The translations under genes were made by a program, and so were the position numbers. Below are positions 60,868 through 64,000 of a stretch of DNA of 64,000 nt, in pieces (within the stretch, counting starts at the first letter, position 1; every line of letters starts with the position of its first letter). This stretch comes from Eledone cirrhosa (taxonomy: Eukaryota), in assembly GCA_964016885.1 (NCBI GenBank), contig OZ024758.1, positions 29,884,001 through 29,948,000 of the forward strand. Reading direction: 5' to 3'. A model generated the notes under the pieces. It was given only the letters and a program-made list of their open reading frames with translations, was not told where the DNA came from and searched no databases.

Positions 60868-61257
60868 ATCATCATCACCATCATCACCGTTTTACGTCCG
60901 TTCTTCCACGCTAGCATGGGTTAGACGGATTGTCCTGTTGTGGGCAGTGTCCAGTCGGCTGACCTTGTCTTGCTCATACGGGAACTGATTCTGGCTTGAT
61001 TTCTACAGCTGGATGCCCTTCCTAACACCAACCTCATTTACAGTGAGTGCTGGGTGATTTTTTCCCGTGGCACCTCCACGTCCACTTTGCAGTGGAATGA
61101 TAGGGACCCCAGTCCTATCATCTCATTTCTACAGCTGAGTAAACTGGAGCAATGTGAAATAAAGTGTCTTGTTCAAGGAAACAACACATCACCCAGTCTG
61201 AGAATTGAACTCACAACCTTTCGATTGCAAGCCCAATGCTCTAACCACTAAGCCATG
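60868..61257 (-). mobile_element. tRNA-SINE family 2 variant with a different RTE tail
   Basis: 60980-61257 matches the 34015 copy. The tail differs. Confidence 0.85.
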
Positions 61258-61597
61258 GTGCAGTATATTGGAATTCACATCATAAGGACAGTGAAGTGAA
61301 TTTGTTATCCAATCAGATATCTCCTCACCCCTATACCTTCAAACTTACACATAATGTAATTATTATATATTGAGGCCATTGATTTTTTTAAAAACATACC
61401 ATTACTGTACTTATTTTATCGCCTTTGTGTGTCATCTATCATAGAAACCATAGTTGCAATGACATAGGCAAGAGGCCATTTGTGTGATATACAACAATGT
61501 CGTTTGATTGATATGAGAATTGTTAAGAGTGTCATCAATTGTTAGTAGAAATCTAATATATATATATATATATATTCATTTTCTACTAGCAATACAA

Positions 61598-61684
61598 GGG
61601 GTCCGACGAGCCGCAGATTATAGAGTCGGGTAAGATTGATACAGATTGAACCTTGAGCTGATCAGTGGCGAAACGCGCGTCACC
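61598..61684 (+). ncRNA. Hammerhead-like motif with long stem II
   Basis: GGU CCGACGA GCCGC...GUGGC GAAA CGCGCG UC ACC. The core has a U4-to-C change. Confidence 0.5.
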
Positions 61685-61863
61685 AACCAATAAATGTAAT
61701 GAAGGAGTAACCAATCGTCCTTGTTATCTTTTCACTATAATACACTCACTCTAGCTCTACACCTCGACACTGAAGTGAACCTAAACATCGAGTGTTCACC
61801 CGGGTGAACCTACAGTAACTCCAAGTTACACTCCCTAGATATATATATATATATAATCTAAAG

Positions 61864-62356
61864 CAGAGGTTCTCAAAGTGGGTACTACTGTCCCCCGGGG
61901 GTGGTAAGAAGGTCCAGAAGGGTGGTAGAGATGGCATAATAGTATATTAAATATCAAATGATACATATTATATATGGGAGCCCGTACATGGACACACTAG
62001 AAGAGGAAGACCAACGTTAACGTATGTTGATGCCCTAAGGACAGACACTGGTCTGTTGGAGACGCAGGACATGGCAGCGATAATGAGGGACAGACTGCTG
62101 GAGAGAACTCGTCCATGGATCTCGGGAATTTTACCCGCCTTAGAATAGAATAGAATTATATATAAATATAGTAAAATCAAAAATATATTTATTTATACAG
62201 AGTATATATTATTTATTATATATAAATTAACGATTTTATTTATTATATATTATTTACAACTTGTGTGTAGAAAGATCTCTCTGGAAATAGGGTTGGGGTG
62301 AGGGCTGGGGGTATTACTTGGCCGTGAGGGGGGGGGCAAACTTTTGAGAACCTCTG
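61864..62356. mobile_element. hAT (Charlie-like) MITE with a nested LINE 3' fragment (about 61972-62160)
   Basis: TIR CAGAGGTTCTCAAA / TTTGAGAACCTCTG. Flanks ATCTAAAG / ATCTAGAT. The insert encodes WEPVHGHTRRGRP. Confidence 0.8.
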
Positions 62357-62683
62357 ATCTAGATTGTATTTCCATGGAAAATAATTTGTTTCTTTGGAAA
62401 ATGTTAGTTTTAACATCTATACCCATACACAAAACTGCACTCGTGTCTGTGTGTGTGTGTGTGTGCACGTACGTGTTTGTATGTGTGTGTGCACATACGC
62501 GTTAGTATGTGTGTGTGCACATACGCGTTAGTATGTGTGTGTGTGCACGTGTGTGGTTGATTTGTTGTCCATAAAACAGAACAAGAGATGGCCACCTCTA
62601 TGTAGGAAAGGTCACAACAGGATTGCAGTGTTTTTCACACTGAAGAGAAATGTAGCAACATCAGCTGTTAAAAGTACTGTTAT

Positions 62684-62717
<34 letters not shown>

Positions 62718-63271
62718 ACTTTAAAACTGTTAATGTTGATATGTTGGTATTTGGGGTACTTATGCAATATTTATCACTTATAGCAAAAATATAATAAGGA
62801 TTTCTTATATTGGCACAATATCAAATGCTTTGGTGAATGTTTGCAATGGATTATGAACGAGGCTTTGCTATTTATCACCCTGATGATGACGACGACGACG
62901 TTTTCTTTATTAACCACGAAAATAATAATTGTTTCTACTTTTGGCACAAGGCTAGCAATTACCCAGTACATTACTGGTACTTTATTTTATCGACCCCGTA
63001 AGGATGAAAGGCAAAGTTGACCTCGGCGGGATTGAGGATGAGGGGATGAGTAAGTATATTACAGAATTGGCAAACAGCAGGCCTTAGATTGCATATTTAA
63101 ATATTGGCTTAGAAAACTACTAAAAATAGCATACAATATAATAGTTTCTACTTTTGGCACAAGACCAGCAATTATCACAGTATATTACTGGTACTTTATT
63201 TTATCGATCCCCGTAAGGATGAAAGGCCAAGTTAACCAATATAATGGACCAAATAGTAGTCTCCTTTAGTG

Positions 63272-63608
63272 CAGAGGTTCTCAAACTTTTTGGTCCCCCT
63301 CCCCCTCGCGGCCATGTAATAACCCCACCCCACCCCACCCCCTATTTCTAGAGAGACCTGTCTACATGCAAATTGTAAATAATATATAATAAAATCGTTA
63401 ATTTATATATAATAAATAATATAATATATACTATGTATAAATAAATATATATTTTTTATTTTACTATATTTATATATATGTGTATCATTTGATATTTAAT
63501 ATACTATTATATCATCTCTACCTCCCCCTTAAGCCCCAGCATCCCCTGGGCCTTCTCACACCCCCCTCCCTCTCCAAAGGGTAGTAGTGCCCACTTTGAG
63601 AACCTCTG
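63272..63608. mobile_element. hAT MITE, same family, opposite orientation
   Basis: Same TIRs. 8-bp TSD CTTTAGTG / CTTCAGTG. Confidence 0.88.
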
Positions 63609-64000
63609 CTTCAGTGCTAAGTATATTTGAGGGTTCTTAACAAATCCCAGTTTGTTTCAGTTACCTTACGCAACATTTTAGTCCATGATATGCAGTTGCA
63701 TATGAGAATATTCTTTTTAATCTTGTCTAGCAAGCCTCTGCATGGCTGCTTTGACCTGCTAGAAATAGCCAATTTCTCTTCAAATGACACCCTACAGCAA
63801 AGTCCCCTTTCGGTCACGAATGACCAAGGGATTTGCATGAAGAAAGTTCCCCTCCGAAGCACAAGTCCGGGCAAGGTTGTTTGTGGAAGACTAGCATTCG
63901 GCCATTGCATACCAGTCTCCCTTCTCCGTGACAGCAATGTTGTCTAAGGGAAAGGTGCAAAAGTCGATGCAGCTTGGCACCAGTGACATCACAACTCATT

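Noticed and set aside
63617-64000. ORFs at the window end
   Set aside because: No clear motif. Probably a decayed retroelement cut by the window edge.

Overview
Repeat-dense, AT-rich animal genomic DNA. The SINE and RTE families and long (AT)n tracts suggest an octopod cephalopod (inference from family resemblance). Most of the window is mobile elements and tandem repeats, with only a few weak candidate host exons. Main structure: two near-identical full-length Tx1-clade LINEs (3864-9512 and 10444-16093; ORF1 with a CCHC knuckle, ORF2 APE+RT+zinc finger) inside a 72-bp tandem array. That array is the amplified left-subterminal segment of a TTAA-flanked, piggyBac-like MITE that occurs five times in the window with roughly 1, 4, 12, 23 and 36 units. 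The architecture resembles the Xenopus Tx1L-in-Tx1D composite. Also present: a Pif1-bearing Helitron relic, a 5'-truncated open RTE LINE inserted in a 100-bp array, a GIY-YIG Penelope-like element with inverted repeats, several hammerhead-ribozyme-like motifs with covarying stems, a CRE-type endonuclease fragment, tRNA-SINEs, hAT and mariner MITEs, 22-bp and 56-bp satellites, and many fold-back inverted repeats. Most ORFs in the supplied track are translations of simple repeats.
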